From Candidatus Saccharimonadota bacterium (GTDB lineage: Archaea > Nanohalarchaeota > Nanosalinia > Nanosalinales > Nanosalinaceae): DNA of 32,000 bases. Numbering within the stretch: position 1 is the stretch's first letter; each line of letters opens with the position of its first letter. Below the pieces are notes generated by a model. The model did not search any database and was not told the origin of the DNA. It was given only the letters and a program-made list of their open reading frames with translations. A program made the position numbers and the translations under genes. The stretch lies in assembly GCF_047555085.1 (NCBI RefSeq), contig NZ_CP180230.1:690001-722000 (forward strand), read 5' to 3'. This document shows, one piece after another, positions 7,232 to 15,691 of this stretch.

Positions 7232-8575
7232 ATGGAAGAATACGATCTAATTGTCATTGGAGCCGGTTCAGGTCTTGACGTGGCCTCAGCCTTCGCAAGC
7301 AGAGGAAAATCAGTCGCAGTAATCGAGCCAGGGCCTCTCGGCGGAACATGCCTGAACAGAGGATGCATCCCGTCAAAGATGCTGATACACAGGGCAGACG
7401 TCGTCAAAGAGATACAGAACTCTGAAAAATTCGGTATAGAGGCCTCTGTAGACGACATACATTTCTCTGAGATGGTCGAAGAGGTCAACGAAGAAGTACG
7501 CCAGGACTCGAAAAATATCGAGGAAGGAATCAAGGCCTCGGAAAATCATACTCTTTATAGGACGGAGGCAGAGTTCATCGACAACAGTACGCTTGAAGTC
7601 GACGGCGAAAAGATCACAGCGGATAAAATCGTTGTCGCAGCCGGTACAAGGCCTTTCATTCCTCCTATCGACGGCATAGAGGACGTCGATTACATGACGA
7701 GTAAAGAGGCTCTGGAGATGACGGAGAAGCCGGATGATATGATCGTTGTCGGCGGAGGATACATCTCCAACGAGCTGGCACATTTCTTCGAGGCCATGGG
7801 AATCGATGTAACTATACTTGAACGCGGTGAGAGACTTCTGCGTAACGAGGACCGTGAAGTCAGCATTAAATACACTGAACTCGCCAGTGAGCGTTTCAAC
7901 GTCGAGCTGGAGACAGAGGCCTCTGAAGTATACGAGGAAGACGGCAGAACGATCGTTGTAGCGGACGGGAAAGAGTACGAGGCCGATGAGCTTTTCATCG
8001 CAGCAGGCAGAGTACCGAATACCGATTCTCTAAAGGTCGGGAATACGGATATCGAGACAGATGAAAGCGGCTACATCGAAGTAGACGAATACATGAACAC
8101 CTCCGTTGATCACATCTATGCTCTTGGAGATATAATCGGGAAGCATCCTTTCAAGCACGCTGCGAACAAGGAGGCGAACGTTGCCCTGATCAACGCCTTT
8201 GTCGGAAACAAGAAGGAGATCGATTACACGGCGATGCCGCATGCAGTCTTTTCAGCACCTCAGATCGCTGGAGTCGGAAAGACCGAACAGGAGCTTGAAG
8301 AAGAAGATACAGAGTATGTAAAGGCCTCTTACGAGTACGAGAAGACAGGTATGGGTATGGCTCTGAAGGATGAGGACGGCTTCGTGAAAGTTCTGGCTTC
8401 GGAAGAGGGAGAGATCCTTGGATGCCACATCATCGGGCCTCATGCATCGCAGCAGATCCATGAAGTCCTTGTAGCGATGAAAGCCGGAAGTGGAACAGTA
8501 TCCGATATACAGGATACGATCCATATCCATCCTGCGTTGAATGAGGTTGTGCAGAGAGCTTTCAATCAGCTGTAG
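7232..8575 (+). CDS. Class-I pyridine nucleotide-disulfide oxidoreductase (dihydrolipoamide dehydrogenase / glutathione-reductase-like family)
   Basis: 447 aa. FAD motif IVIGAGSGL. Redox-active disulfide GGTCLNRGCIPSK. NAD motif VVGGGYISNELA. C-terminal dimerisation His-Pro motif HIHPALNE. The substrate cannot be assigned from sequence. Confidence 0.85.
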   Translation: MEEYDLIVIGAGSGLDVASAFASRGKSVAVIEPGPLGGTCLNRGCIPSKMLIHRADVVKEIQNSEKFGIEASVDDIHFSEMVEEVNEEVRQDSKNIEEGIKASENHTLYRTEAEFIDNSTLEVDGEKITADKIVVAAGTRPFIPPIDGIEDVDYMTSKEALEMTEKPDDMIVVGGGYISNELAHFFEAMGIDVTILERGERLLRNEDREVSIKYTELASERFNVELETEASEVYEEDGRTIVVADGKEYEADELFIAAGRVPNTDSLKVGNTDIETDESGYIEVDEYMNTSVDHIYALGDIIGKHPFKHAANKEANVALINAFVGNKKEIDYTAMPHAVFSAPQIAGVGKTEQELEEEDTEYVKASYEYEKTGMGMALKDEDGFVKVLASEEGEILGCHIIGPHASQQIHEVLVAMKAGSGTVSDIQDTIHIHPALNEVVQRAFNQL

Positions 8576-8611
8576 AAAATCATTAGGCCTGAGATAGGCC
8601 TCTAAATATTT

Positions 8612-9487
8612 TTACTCTTTTCTCTGGGCTACGGCTAGAGCGCCGTAGAGGCCTAGTTTGTTTCCTAGTTCAGAGATCTTCATCTCTGGCTCCGGATTTA
8701 CGGATAGTTCTGCGGCTTTTTCGAATGAGTTCTGCATGAATTCCAGATTGTTGGTTGCTACAGATCCGGAGAAAGTTATCAGTTCCGGGGCGTATAGATC
8801 GATTAGAGTGGATATGCCTCTGGCGTTTAGTTCGGTGAGGGTGTCGATGTGTTGCTGGGATATGCTGTTTTCACGTGCTTTTCTGAATATTTCCTCTGCT
8901 GTGGCATCTTCAGGAATAGTTTCTTCGTTGAGTATACTTTTCATGTATCCTGGCATATTTTCGCCTCCTACTGATTGATCCCATGTGGTATCGTTGTCCA
9001 CGTTTATTCCTGCTGGCTCCGGGCTTCTGCCGTCTTTTTCACTTCCAAGAAGATTTCCCGAGTAGTATACTCCTCCTCCGATCCCGCTGCCCAATATAAC
9101 GGTTACAATATTTTCCAGTTCTTTTCCTTCGCCGTAGAGCTTTTCTCCCATGACTGCGGCGTTTGCATCGTTCTCTATACTGAAATCTATACCAAGTTCA
9201 GACAACTTGCTGAAGGAGAGCTCATCCAGTGCATGAGCGTATTCTATCTTTTTCTCCTCCACGTTGATGAGGCCTGGAACACCGATTCCTATAGCTTCGA
9301 TAGAATCCTGTGAGACTTCATTTTCCTCCAGTAACTCTACTATCAGATCGACGAGGCCTTCTTCAGACCAGTACTGTTCCGTGGGAACAATCTTGTTCGT
9401 GTCAGAGTAGAGCTCGTTTTCGTCTCCTAAACCGATCCTTATGTTCGAGGCTCCGACATCTACACCGATGTAAAGTTTCTCATTCAT
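8612..9487 (-). CDS. ROK-family sugar kinase (glucokinase-like)
   Basis: 291 aa. ATP-binding motifs IGVDVGASNIRIGL, ENDANAAVMGE and ILGSGIGGG. Overlaps ribE by 4 nt (ATGA). Confidence 0.8.
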   Translation of the reverse strand: MNEKLYIGVDVGASNIRIGLGDENELYSDTNKIVPTEQYWSEEGLVDLIVELLEENEVSQDSIEAIGIGVPGLINVEEKKIEYAHALDELSFSKLSELGIDFSIENDANAAVMGEKLYGEGKELENIVTVILGSGIGGGVYYSGNLLGSEKDGRSPEPAGINVDNDTTWDQSVGGENMPGYMKSILNEETIPEDATAEEIFRKARENSISQQHIDTLTELNARGISTLIDLYAPELITFSGSVATNNLEFMQNSFEKAAELSVNPEPEMKISELGNKLGLYGALAVAQRKE

Positions 9488-10089
9488 CCATCGATACCTC
9501 CTCTACCTTCCATCATCTTCTTCACGTACTTTCCCATCATATCTGTTTCAATATTAATTTTATCTCCCTCATATCTGTCAGAAAGATTCGTCTCCCTCCA
9601 TGTCTCCGGTATCACAGTTACCGAGAAGGAGTCCTCAGTTACATCCGTCACCGTCAAACTGATGCCTTCAACAGCTATGAATCCCTTGTAAACCACCAGA
9701 TCCTGAAGATCATCCGGCAGGGAGAAAGTCATGTTCCACCCCTCCTCCAGCTCTTCGACATCCAAAACCTCAGAAACAGCCTCCACATGCCCCTGAACTA
9801 TGTGACCTCCCATCCTGTCCTGAGGCCTCAAAGCTCTCTCAGCATTCATTTCATCGCCTTCCTCCAGCTTCGAAAACCAGGACTTCTCCAGAGTTTCCTC
9901 CGCAAGGAAGAAACTTATCGACCCAGAATCGAAGGCCTCTACAGTAAGGCAGACACCGCTCAGAGATATACTCTCCCCTTTCGAAAGTTCCTCAAAGCTT
10001 TGTGGACGCGTGACAGAGACTCGAAGGCCTTCACCGGCCTCCTCAATCTCCTTGACACTGACTGTTTCCTTAATTATTCCGGTGAACAT
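9484..10089 (-). CDS. ribE: Riboflavin synthase, bacterial/eukaryotic-type alpha chain with two lumazine-binding repeats
   Basis: 201 aa. MFTGIIKE start. Repeats SLSGVCLTV and EGISLTVTDV. GGHIVQGHV motif. Collinear with E. coli RibC/RibE as recalled. Confidence 0.85.
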   Translation of the reverse strand: MFTGIIKETVSVKEIEEAGEGLRVSVTRPQSFEELSKGESISLSGVCLTVEAFDSGSISFFLAEETLEKSWFSKLEEGDEMNAERALRPQDRMGGHIVQGHVEAVSEVLDVEELEEGWNMTFSLPDDLQDLVVYKGFIAVEGISLTVTDVTEDSFSVTVIPETWRETNLSDRYEGDKINIETDMMGKYVKKMMEGRGGIDG

Positions 10090-10145
10090 GCAGAAATTTT
10101 CTTGTAGAAGATTCTTAACAGGCCCGGTGACTCAACAGTCACCTG

Positions 10146-10523
10146 TCAGAAAACAATCCTAACACTGTCACCGTCTTCAAGGCCCAGCTTATCTCTCAAG
10201 TTCTCTTCCGCAACTATCTCCACGACTTCAGGCCCGTAATCAGTTACATCCATCCTGAGAACAGCAGCCTCCACCCCTTCAACTTCAACAGGATAAACAT
10301 CGATTCCGCTGTATTCCTCATCTTTGAACTCGAAACCCTCTATCCTGGAGGCCTCAGAACTTTCCAGAACCTCCTGTACTTTTTCTTCCTTGACTCCGGT
10401 GTTGAGTGTTCCGGGGAAAGGCCTGAAACCTGTGATCGATTCGATCTTATCCTGATACGGCTTCATCGAGATATATTCTTTTCCTACACCCATTCCGGTG
10501 AAGATTTTTCCCTGAAGTTCCAT
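10146..10523 (-). CDS. ribK: Archaeal CTP-dependent riboflavin kinase (MJ0056 family)
   Basis: GKIFTGMGVGKEYISMKPYQDKI..GFRPFPGTLN matches the archaeal RibK signature. I prefer the ATG at 10523 (MELQGK). The track ORF extends to 10568, which would overlap the protease stop. Confidence 0.8.
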   Translation of the reverse strand: MELQGKIFTGMGVGKEYISMKPYQDKIESITGFRPFPGTLNTGVKEEKVQEVLESSEASRIEGFEFKDEEYSGIDVYPVEVEGVEAAVLRMDVTDYGPEVVEIVAEENLRDKLGLEDGDSVRIVF

Positions 10524-10560
10524 GAGAAAAAGTTGAAAGTGAAAAGTTAAAACGACTTTA

Positions 10561-13215
10561 CTAACCAAAGATCGCGAAGAACATTCCTACAGGACCAGCA
10601 GGGCCTCCAGTACCGGAAGGAGAACCTGAAGCTTCCGGCGGACCACCACCTGAAGAAGCATCAGGCCTGGAACCAGGAGAAGGACCTGAAGATCCTGAAC
10701 CCCCAGGATTCTGTGTAGATTGATCGTTCTCACCTGCTGTATCGGAGGAACCTGTATCAGGCCTTTCACTGGAACTATCTGACTCAGAATGTGTTCCTTC
10801 GCTTTCCGAGTTATCCGGACTCTCTGGAGCTACTTCAGGCTGTCCCCGTGAATTTTCATCTGTCTCTTGATCCGTCTCATCGGCACCGGATTCCTCCCGA
10901 TTCCTCTGATCCTGCTGATTGCTTTCTGCATCAGATCCCGAATCAGGAATCTCTACATCATCCGAAGGTGTTCCGGGAGCTACAGAAGGATTTCCAGGTC
11001 TTTCGCTCTGCTGCCGATCTTCTCTATCCGGAGCCTGTGCCGACCCCTGTCCGTTTCCAGGCCTTTCAGGGCCTACATCATCCTGCTGATTACCGGGAGG
11101 AGTAACTCCATCAGCCGGCCTTGTATCCTGACCTGATCCCTGACTGGCGGAACCTTCACCAGGATTTCTAGGCCTCTGAGATCGCTCTGTATCATTCTCC
11201 TCGTCTCCATCATCCGAATCACTACGTCCTGGAGCCTCAGGCCTTCCTGTAGAAGGCGTATCCTGTGGCCCTCCAGGCGTTCCCTGCCCCGGATTCATGC
11301 TTAACTGTCTTTCAGCGTTTTCAAGGCCTCTGATCTTCTCCGTGATATCTCTACTGGAGTTTGAGTCATTGTCACGTTCCGCTACTTCTCTTGCCCTCTG
11401 TACATTGTTCCTGTAATCCTGAATAAGGCTCTGCCTCAAAGGATTGTCTTCCTCAAGCTGCGAGGCCTCAGCCAGTCGTCTTTCAGCATATTCAAGACGC
11501 TTCTGAGCTTTTCTCTCCGGATTGAAAGTTAAAGCCAGACTTACTGACTCCATAGCTCTCCTGACTCCGTAAAGAACGCCTCCCGGATTCGCAGGCGTTT
11601 CGTTAGTGAATGCTGGAGGAAGCTCCTCTTTATCCTGAAGGCCTGGTGGCAAAGTTCTGTTCCGTGTTTCGTTGTCACGTGTCTCATTCTCCCGTGTTTC
11701 ATTGTCTGACTCGTTGTAATCCGCTGCAGTCGTGAAAGGAAGATTCTCAGTTACTACAGTCGAGTTTTCATCGCTTGCCTCAACATACCATTCGTACGAC
11801 GTGTTTTCAGGAAGATCTTCAATCTGGTGCTCTGCCTCAAGCGGAGAAGCTCCTGTAAAGCTCTGGATCTCTGTATCGTTGGCGAACGAGAAAGTAACGC
11901 TCAGATTCTCGGAATCATTATCCGAAACTACAGCTGAAAGATCAACATCAACTCCTTCGCCATCATCTGTGTCATTGACAACTGTATTGATCGGAGAGGC
12001 CTCCTCAACTACAGGAGGAAAGTTTTCAGTCTGATTTGTTTCATTCGTACCGTTCTCAACTACTACCTGCTGATAGGCCTCATATACGTCGACAAGGCCT
12101 TGTCCCTGATCGTTCTCAGCGAATCCCAGATCCTCTGAACTGTTCATAACTATGCTTTTTGCCTGTTCAACTGTAAGCGTGGAGTTCGAGGCGAAAAGCA
12201 GTGCTGCCGTGCCGGAGACGTGAGGTGTTGCCATCGATGTTCCTGAAGCAGTTTCAAATCCTCCGTCGTTCCATGTAGAGGTGACTGATTCTCCCGGAGC
12301 AACTACATCCGGCTTAACTCTTCCATCCGCTGTAGGGCCTCTGCTGGAAAAAGAAGAAATACTGTTGTCGCTTCCTACAGAGCCTACTGTAAGAGCATCT
12401 TCAGCACATCCAGGAACAGTAATAGTTCCCGAGTCAGGGCCTTCGTTTCCTGCTGCTACGACAGGAAGCGTTCCCTGGCTGTATGCATTGTTGATGGCCT
12501 CTGAAAGAGCATCTTCTCCATCACACTCCTCTACAGGCGCTCCAAGGCTGAGGCTTATGATATCTGCATCATTTTCTACAGCCCACTGGATGCCGTCGAT
12601 AACGTTCGATGCTGATCCTGTTCCATCCGAACTGAGAACTTTTACGTCGAAAAGATCTGCGTCATAAGAGATGCCTGTATATGTGCTGTCCTGTGAAGCG
12701 ATGATGCCTGCTACGTGCGTTCCGTGGCCGTTGCCGTCGTCAGTTCCTTCTCCAGTAAAATCAACTTCCTGCTCAACATCAAGAACACTGTTCGAGTTAC
12801 TGATCCCTGTATCAAGTACAGCCACGTCAACATCTTTACCTGTGGCATTCTCACTCCAGGCCTCTGCTGCATTGATCTGTGAAGCAGTTGAATCAAGCAC
12901 AGTAGTCATCTCGAAGTCAGGATCTACACGTTCCACAAAAGGCCTGTCAGCGATATTTCTCGCCGCAACTTTTGGAATAGTAACTGCAACACCGTCGATT
13001 ATCGAGAAACGTTTGTTAACAGTTCCTCCTGCATTCCTTACTGCTTCAGCGGCCTGATCAGAAGCAGCTGTCTGTATAATTACATCGATTCTTTCCGTAT
13101 CCGGGCCCTGATTCAAACGCTGTTCAAGATCCGGACTTACCTGCGCAGATGCAGTAAATCCAATTATAGATGTTAGAATAACAAGTACCGAAAGCCTAGA
13201 CAGATTATTTTTCAT
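10561..13215 (-). CDS. Secreted subtilisin-like serine protease (peptidase S8) with an I9 propeptide, a beta-sandwich domain, a helical domain and a long disordered acidic/Pro-Gly-Ser tail
   Basis: Catalytic triad motifs VAVLDTGI, HGTHVAG and SGTSMATPHVSG, plus the oxyanion Asn in AAGNEGP. Signal peptide from the ATG at 13215 (MKNNLSRLSVLVILTSIIGFTASA). The track start at 13275 adds 20 unlikely residues. Confidence 0.9.
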   Translation of the reverse strand: MKNNLSRLSVLVILTSIIGFTASAQVSPDLEQRLNQGPDTERIDVIIQTAASDQAAEAVRNAGGTVNKRFSIIDGVAVTIPKVAARNIADRPFVERVDPDFEMTTVLDSTASQINAAEAWSENATGKDVDVAVLDTGISNSNSVLDVEQEVDFTGEGTDDGNGHGTHVAGIIASQDSTYTGISYDADLFDVKVLSSDGTGSASNVIDGIQWAVENDADIISLSLGAPVEECDGEDALSEAINNAYSQGTLPVVAAGNEGPDSGTITVPGCAEDALTVGSVGSDNSISSFSSRGPTADGRVKPDVVAPGESVTSTWNDGGFETASGTSMATPHVSGTAALLFASNSTLTVEQAKSIVMNSSEDLGFAENDQGQGLVDVYEAYQQVVVENGTNETNQTENFPPVVEEASPINTVVNDTDDGEGVDVDLSAVVSDNDSENLSVTFSFANDTEIQSFTGASPLEAEHQIEDLPENTSYEWYVEASDENSTVVTENLPFTTAADYNESDNETRENETRDNETRNRTLPPGLQDKEELPPAFTNETPANPGGVLYGVRRAMESVSLALTFNPERKAQKRLEYAERRLAEASQLEEDNPLRQSLIQDYRNNVQRAREVAERDNDSNSSRDITEKIRGLENAERQLSMNPGQGTPGGPQDTPSTGRPEAPGRSDSDDGDEENDTERSQRPRNPGEGSASQGSGQDTRPADGVTPPGNQQDDVGPERPGNGQGSAQAPDREDRQQSERPGNPSVAPGTPSDDVEIPDSGSDAESNQQDQRNREESGADETDQETDENSRGQPEVAPESPDNSESEGTHSESDSSSERPDTGSSDTAGENDQSTQNPGGSGSSGPSPGSRPDASSGGGPPEASGSPSGTGGPAGPVGMFFAIFG

Positions 13216-13441
13216 ACATATACAGTGATGAGCCAGCACACTTAATTCTTGGCCAGAGCCTGAAAGAACGTTCAATAAACATTTCAGAGGCCTATACCGG
13301 ATTTACGGAAAAGTTTGAGACCCGTATATCTATAAGATATGCTTCGACCAAATTTTACTATGGTAGAATTCGAGACCCGCATCTTCCCAAAAAGGGAAGA
13401 GTGCTTAAATTAAACTCTACCAAACTTCTTCGTGATCAAAA

Positions 13442-13714
13442 ATGGTAGAGTTTGAAACTATCGAGAATGAGAGAAAAGACTACGGAAACTTTCCAGGAGA
13501 AAAATTCATCGAAGTAAGCAGGAACAAGGCCATCCAGGACGACGGAAGCGAAAACTCGTTCATACAGATCGCCACAGGATACTACGACGAAGACGAGCCA
13601 CGATACAAGAAAAGATTCACAGTACCTACAGACGATAAAGCAGTAGATCATATCGTCGAGAAACTTCCTGAGATGCTGGAAAAGGAAAAAGAAGAGGCCT
13701 CAAGCGAGGAATAA
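13442..13714 (+). CDS. Small acidic protein, possibly PC4/YdbC-like ssDNA-binding
   Basis: 90 aa. The pattern KFIEVSRNK...SFIQIATGYYDEDEPRYKKRFTVP resembles the PC4-like beta-sheet/helix layout (recalled from memory, weak). Convergent with the Rad50-like gene. Confidence 0.55.
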   Translation: MVEFETIENERKDYGNFPGEKFIEVSRNKAIQDDGSENSFIQIATGYYDEDEPRYKKRFTVPTDDKAVDHIVEKLPEMLEKEKEEASSEE

Positions 13715-13723
13715 AACAGGCCT

Positions 13724-15691
13724 CTAGAAATCCAGGCCTTTAAGTTCCTTTACTTCTGTTTCTTCTTCCAGAATTTCTCTTACATCGTCTCTGAACGTGA
13801 AGTATATTATCTGCCAGCCTTCTTTCTCAAGTTCCTTCAGGAAATCTATCTCCTTCCTTATTCTTTCAGTATCAGAATGTACGAACGCGTTATCAAGTAT
13901 CAGGAATCCAGGCTTTCCGAGTATCTCTTTGGCCAGTTTCAGTCTTACTGCCATGTAAAGCAGATCATAGGTTCCCTGGCTCAGGTCCTGTGGATCAAGT
14001 TCTCTGCCATCCTTTCTCTCAACCTTGAGCTTCCTTGAGGCCTTGTCATAGTTTATATCCGTGTAGTTGCCGTCTGTTGCCTCACGGAACATCTCCACAG
14101 CGTAACTATCGTCCCTGAATATCCTGTTGAACTCGTCCTCCTCCTCGGCCTCCATCTCCTCCAGAATCTTTATCGCATTCTTCGAGGCCTCCACCATCAC
14201 ATTCAGAGAGGATACGAACTCTTCTAGCTGGCGTAAAGCCCTGTCGAGATCCTCTACAGAGTCTACAGAAACAATACTTTCATCCATGAACTTTTCCTCA
14301 AGTACCTCTGAAACACCCGAGTCAAACTCCCTCAAATTTTCACCGTACCGATCTATCTCACTCTCAAGGCCTTCCTTCTCATCCTTCAACCGCTTCAGCT
14401 CATCCCTCTCATGCTGGAGATCTTCCTCACTGAACTCTCTGTCGACCGATCGGAAACTTTCGGAGAAATCATCCAGTACCTGCTTCCATTCACGTGGATC
14501 ATCCCTGTTAGCATCGAAAAGGCCTTTCAACTCCCCGACAGCGCTGTTTCTTTCCCTGTTGATCTTTTTCTCACGCTTATCTAAATCGTTCTCGTAGCTA
14601 TCGATAGCGTCAACTACTTCAGGAATCGTGGAGGCCTCTACACCTCGTGCTCTGGCCTCTTCAATTATATTTTCACGCTCGTTCTCCTGTATCTTGACTT
14701 TTCTGGAGGCTTTCCTGTACTCGTTTAGAGTATAACCAGCCGCAGCCAGGAAAACTACAGCACCTCCAACAAGGACAGGTACAGGATTCAGCAACGCACC
14801 AACAAGCGAAACACCGGATAAAAATCCTGAACCGATGGATGCATACTTCAGAATATTTTTTTCGGAGGCCTCAGCTTCAAAGCCTTCAGCCCCCCTCCGG
14901 ATAGTTTCAAGATCTTCAAGAGCCTTCTTCTCATTCTCAAGATCTTCTTTCCTTCTTTCAGCCTCTTTCAAATCCTCCAGAAGCCTCTGGCCTTTCCTGT
15001 ACTTCCTCTGCTCCCTTGCGTTTTTCAGCTCCTCTATAGCTTCTTTTCTGGCGCTTATCTCATTCTTCAGAGAGTCAATCTTCGAGTACTTCTGGAAAAG
15101 GCCTTCATCCTCAATCCTGTTCATGAAACTCTGAATATCATTCTTCATATCCTCTGCTCTATCCCTTTTATCCCTTAACTTCCCTGTTCCTTTAGTATTC
15201 TCCAGTTTCGCATCACTGGACGTATTCGTGAGATACCCTACTTCAGCGATCTCATCCCTCAAGGCCTCAATCTTTTTCGTCTTGGATCCCAGGACTCTAT
15301 CAGTCACATCGTTGAAGTAATCACCGTTCCCGAAATCATTCTCCCTCTCAGGAAGCCTCAGATCAAAATCACGTACGATAAAGGCATTCTTCACATCCTC
15401 AGGGCTAACATCGCCGAAAATCTTCTCCAGGCCTTCCTGAGACGCATCAAACTCTTCACCGCCGTTCTCGATAGTCAGAAGCCCGTTAGGCTGCTGGGAG
15501 ACCCTGCCGATCCCATCAAAATCCGAGGAATCATCGACAAGCATCTTCGTGATAGACTCGACCAGAAGAGTCTTACCAGACTCGTTACGGCCGTAGAAAG
15601 CATTGAATCCGGAATCCAGATCTATATCAACGTCAGTCAGAGGCCCGTAATGACTGACTTTCACCCTCTTGATCCTTACATTATCGCTCAT
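13724..15691 (-). CDS. Short Rad50/SbcC-like SMC-family ATPase with a central membrane hairpin (YhaN/SbcE-like architecture)
   Basis: 655 aa. Walker A GRNESGKT. Long charged coiled-coil arms. Signature LSQGTYDLL. Walker B/D-loop GFLILDNAFVHSD. Two hydrophobic helices (YASIGSGFLSGVSLVGALL-NPVP-VLVGGAVVFLAAAGYTL) sit at the coiled-coil apex. The whole protein contains no Cys. Confidence 0.8.
   Translation of the reverse strand: MSDNVRIKRVKVSHYGPLTDVDIDLDSGFNAFYGRNESGKTLLVESITKMLVDDSSDFDGIGRVSQQPNGLLTIENGGEEFDASQEGLEKIFGDVSPEDVKNAFIVRDFDLRLPERENDFGNGDYFNDVTDRVLGSKTKKIEALRDEIAEVGYLTNTSSDAKLENTKGTGKLRDKRDRAEDMKNDIQSFMNRIEDEGLFQKYSKIDSLKNEISARKEAIEELKNAREQRKYRKGQRLLEDLKEAERRKEDLENEKKALEDLETIRRGAEGFEAEASEKNILKYASIGSGFLSGVSLVGALLNPVPVLVGGAVVFLAAAGYTLNEYRKASRKVKIQENERENIIEEARARGVEASTIPEVVDAIDSYENDLDKREKKINRERNSAVGELKGLFDANRDDPREWKQVLDDFSESFRSVDREFSEEDLQHERDELKRLKDEKEGLESEIDRYGENLREFDSGVSEVLEEKFMDESIVSVDSVEDLDRALRQLEEFVSSLNVMVEASKNAIKILEEMEAEEEDEFNRIFRDDSYAVEMFREATDGNYTDINYDKASRKLKVERKDGRELDPQDLSQGTYDLLYMAVRLKLAKEILGKPGFLILDNAFVHSDTERIRKEIDFLKELEKEGWQIIYFTFRDDVREILEEETEVKELKGLDF

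Noticed and set aside
9250-9310. TGATGA (C-box-like) followed by CTGTGA inside the ROK kinase gene, as a possible C/D sRNA
   Set aside because: It lies within a well-supported coding region, lacks a proper D box (CUGA) at the right spacing, and lacks terminal pairing. It is most likely coincidental.
9310-10107. 265-aa + strand ORF overlapping riboflavin synthase and the start of the ROK kinase
   Set aside because: It is fully antisense to two genes with clear family signatures. Its translation is basic, Ser/Leu/Cys-rich and unlike the acidic proteome. It is a shadow ORF.
10524-10568. 15-codon N-terminal extension of the riboflavin kinase ORF (MVSKVVLTFHFQLFL...)
   Set aside because: The extension is hydrophobic, is not part of the RibK family as I recall it, and would overlap the protease stop codon. 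The internal ATG at 10523 gives a family-typical N-terminus. The longer start cannot be excluded without alignment.
10561-10620. PGF-CTERM / archaeosortase sorting signal at the subtilase C-terminus
   Set aside because: The tail (PAGPVGMFFAIFG*) lacks the PGF tripeptide, has too short a hydrophobic stretch for a TM helix, and has no terminal basic cluster. It is reported only as an oddity.
13216-13275. 20-codon N-terminal extension of the subtilase ORF
   Set aside because: The ATG at 13215 is immediately followed by a canonical signal peptide (K/R n-region, hydrophobic core, ASA cleavage motif). The extension would bury that signal peptide.
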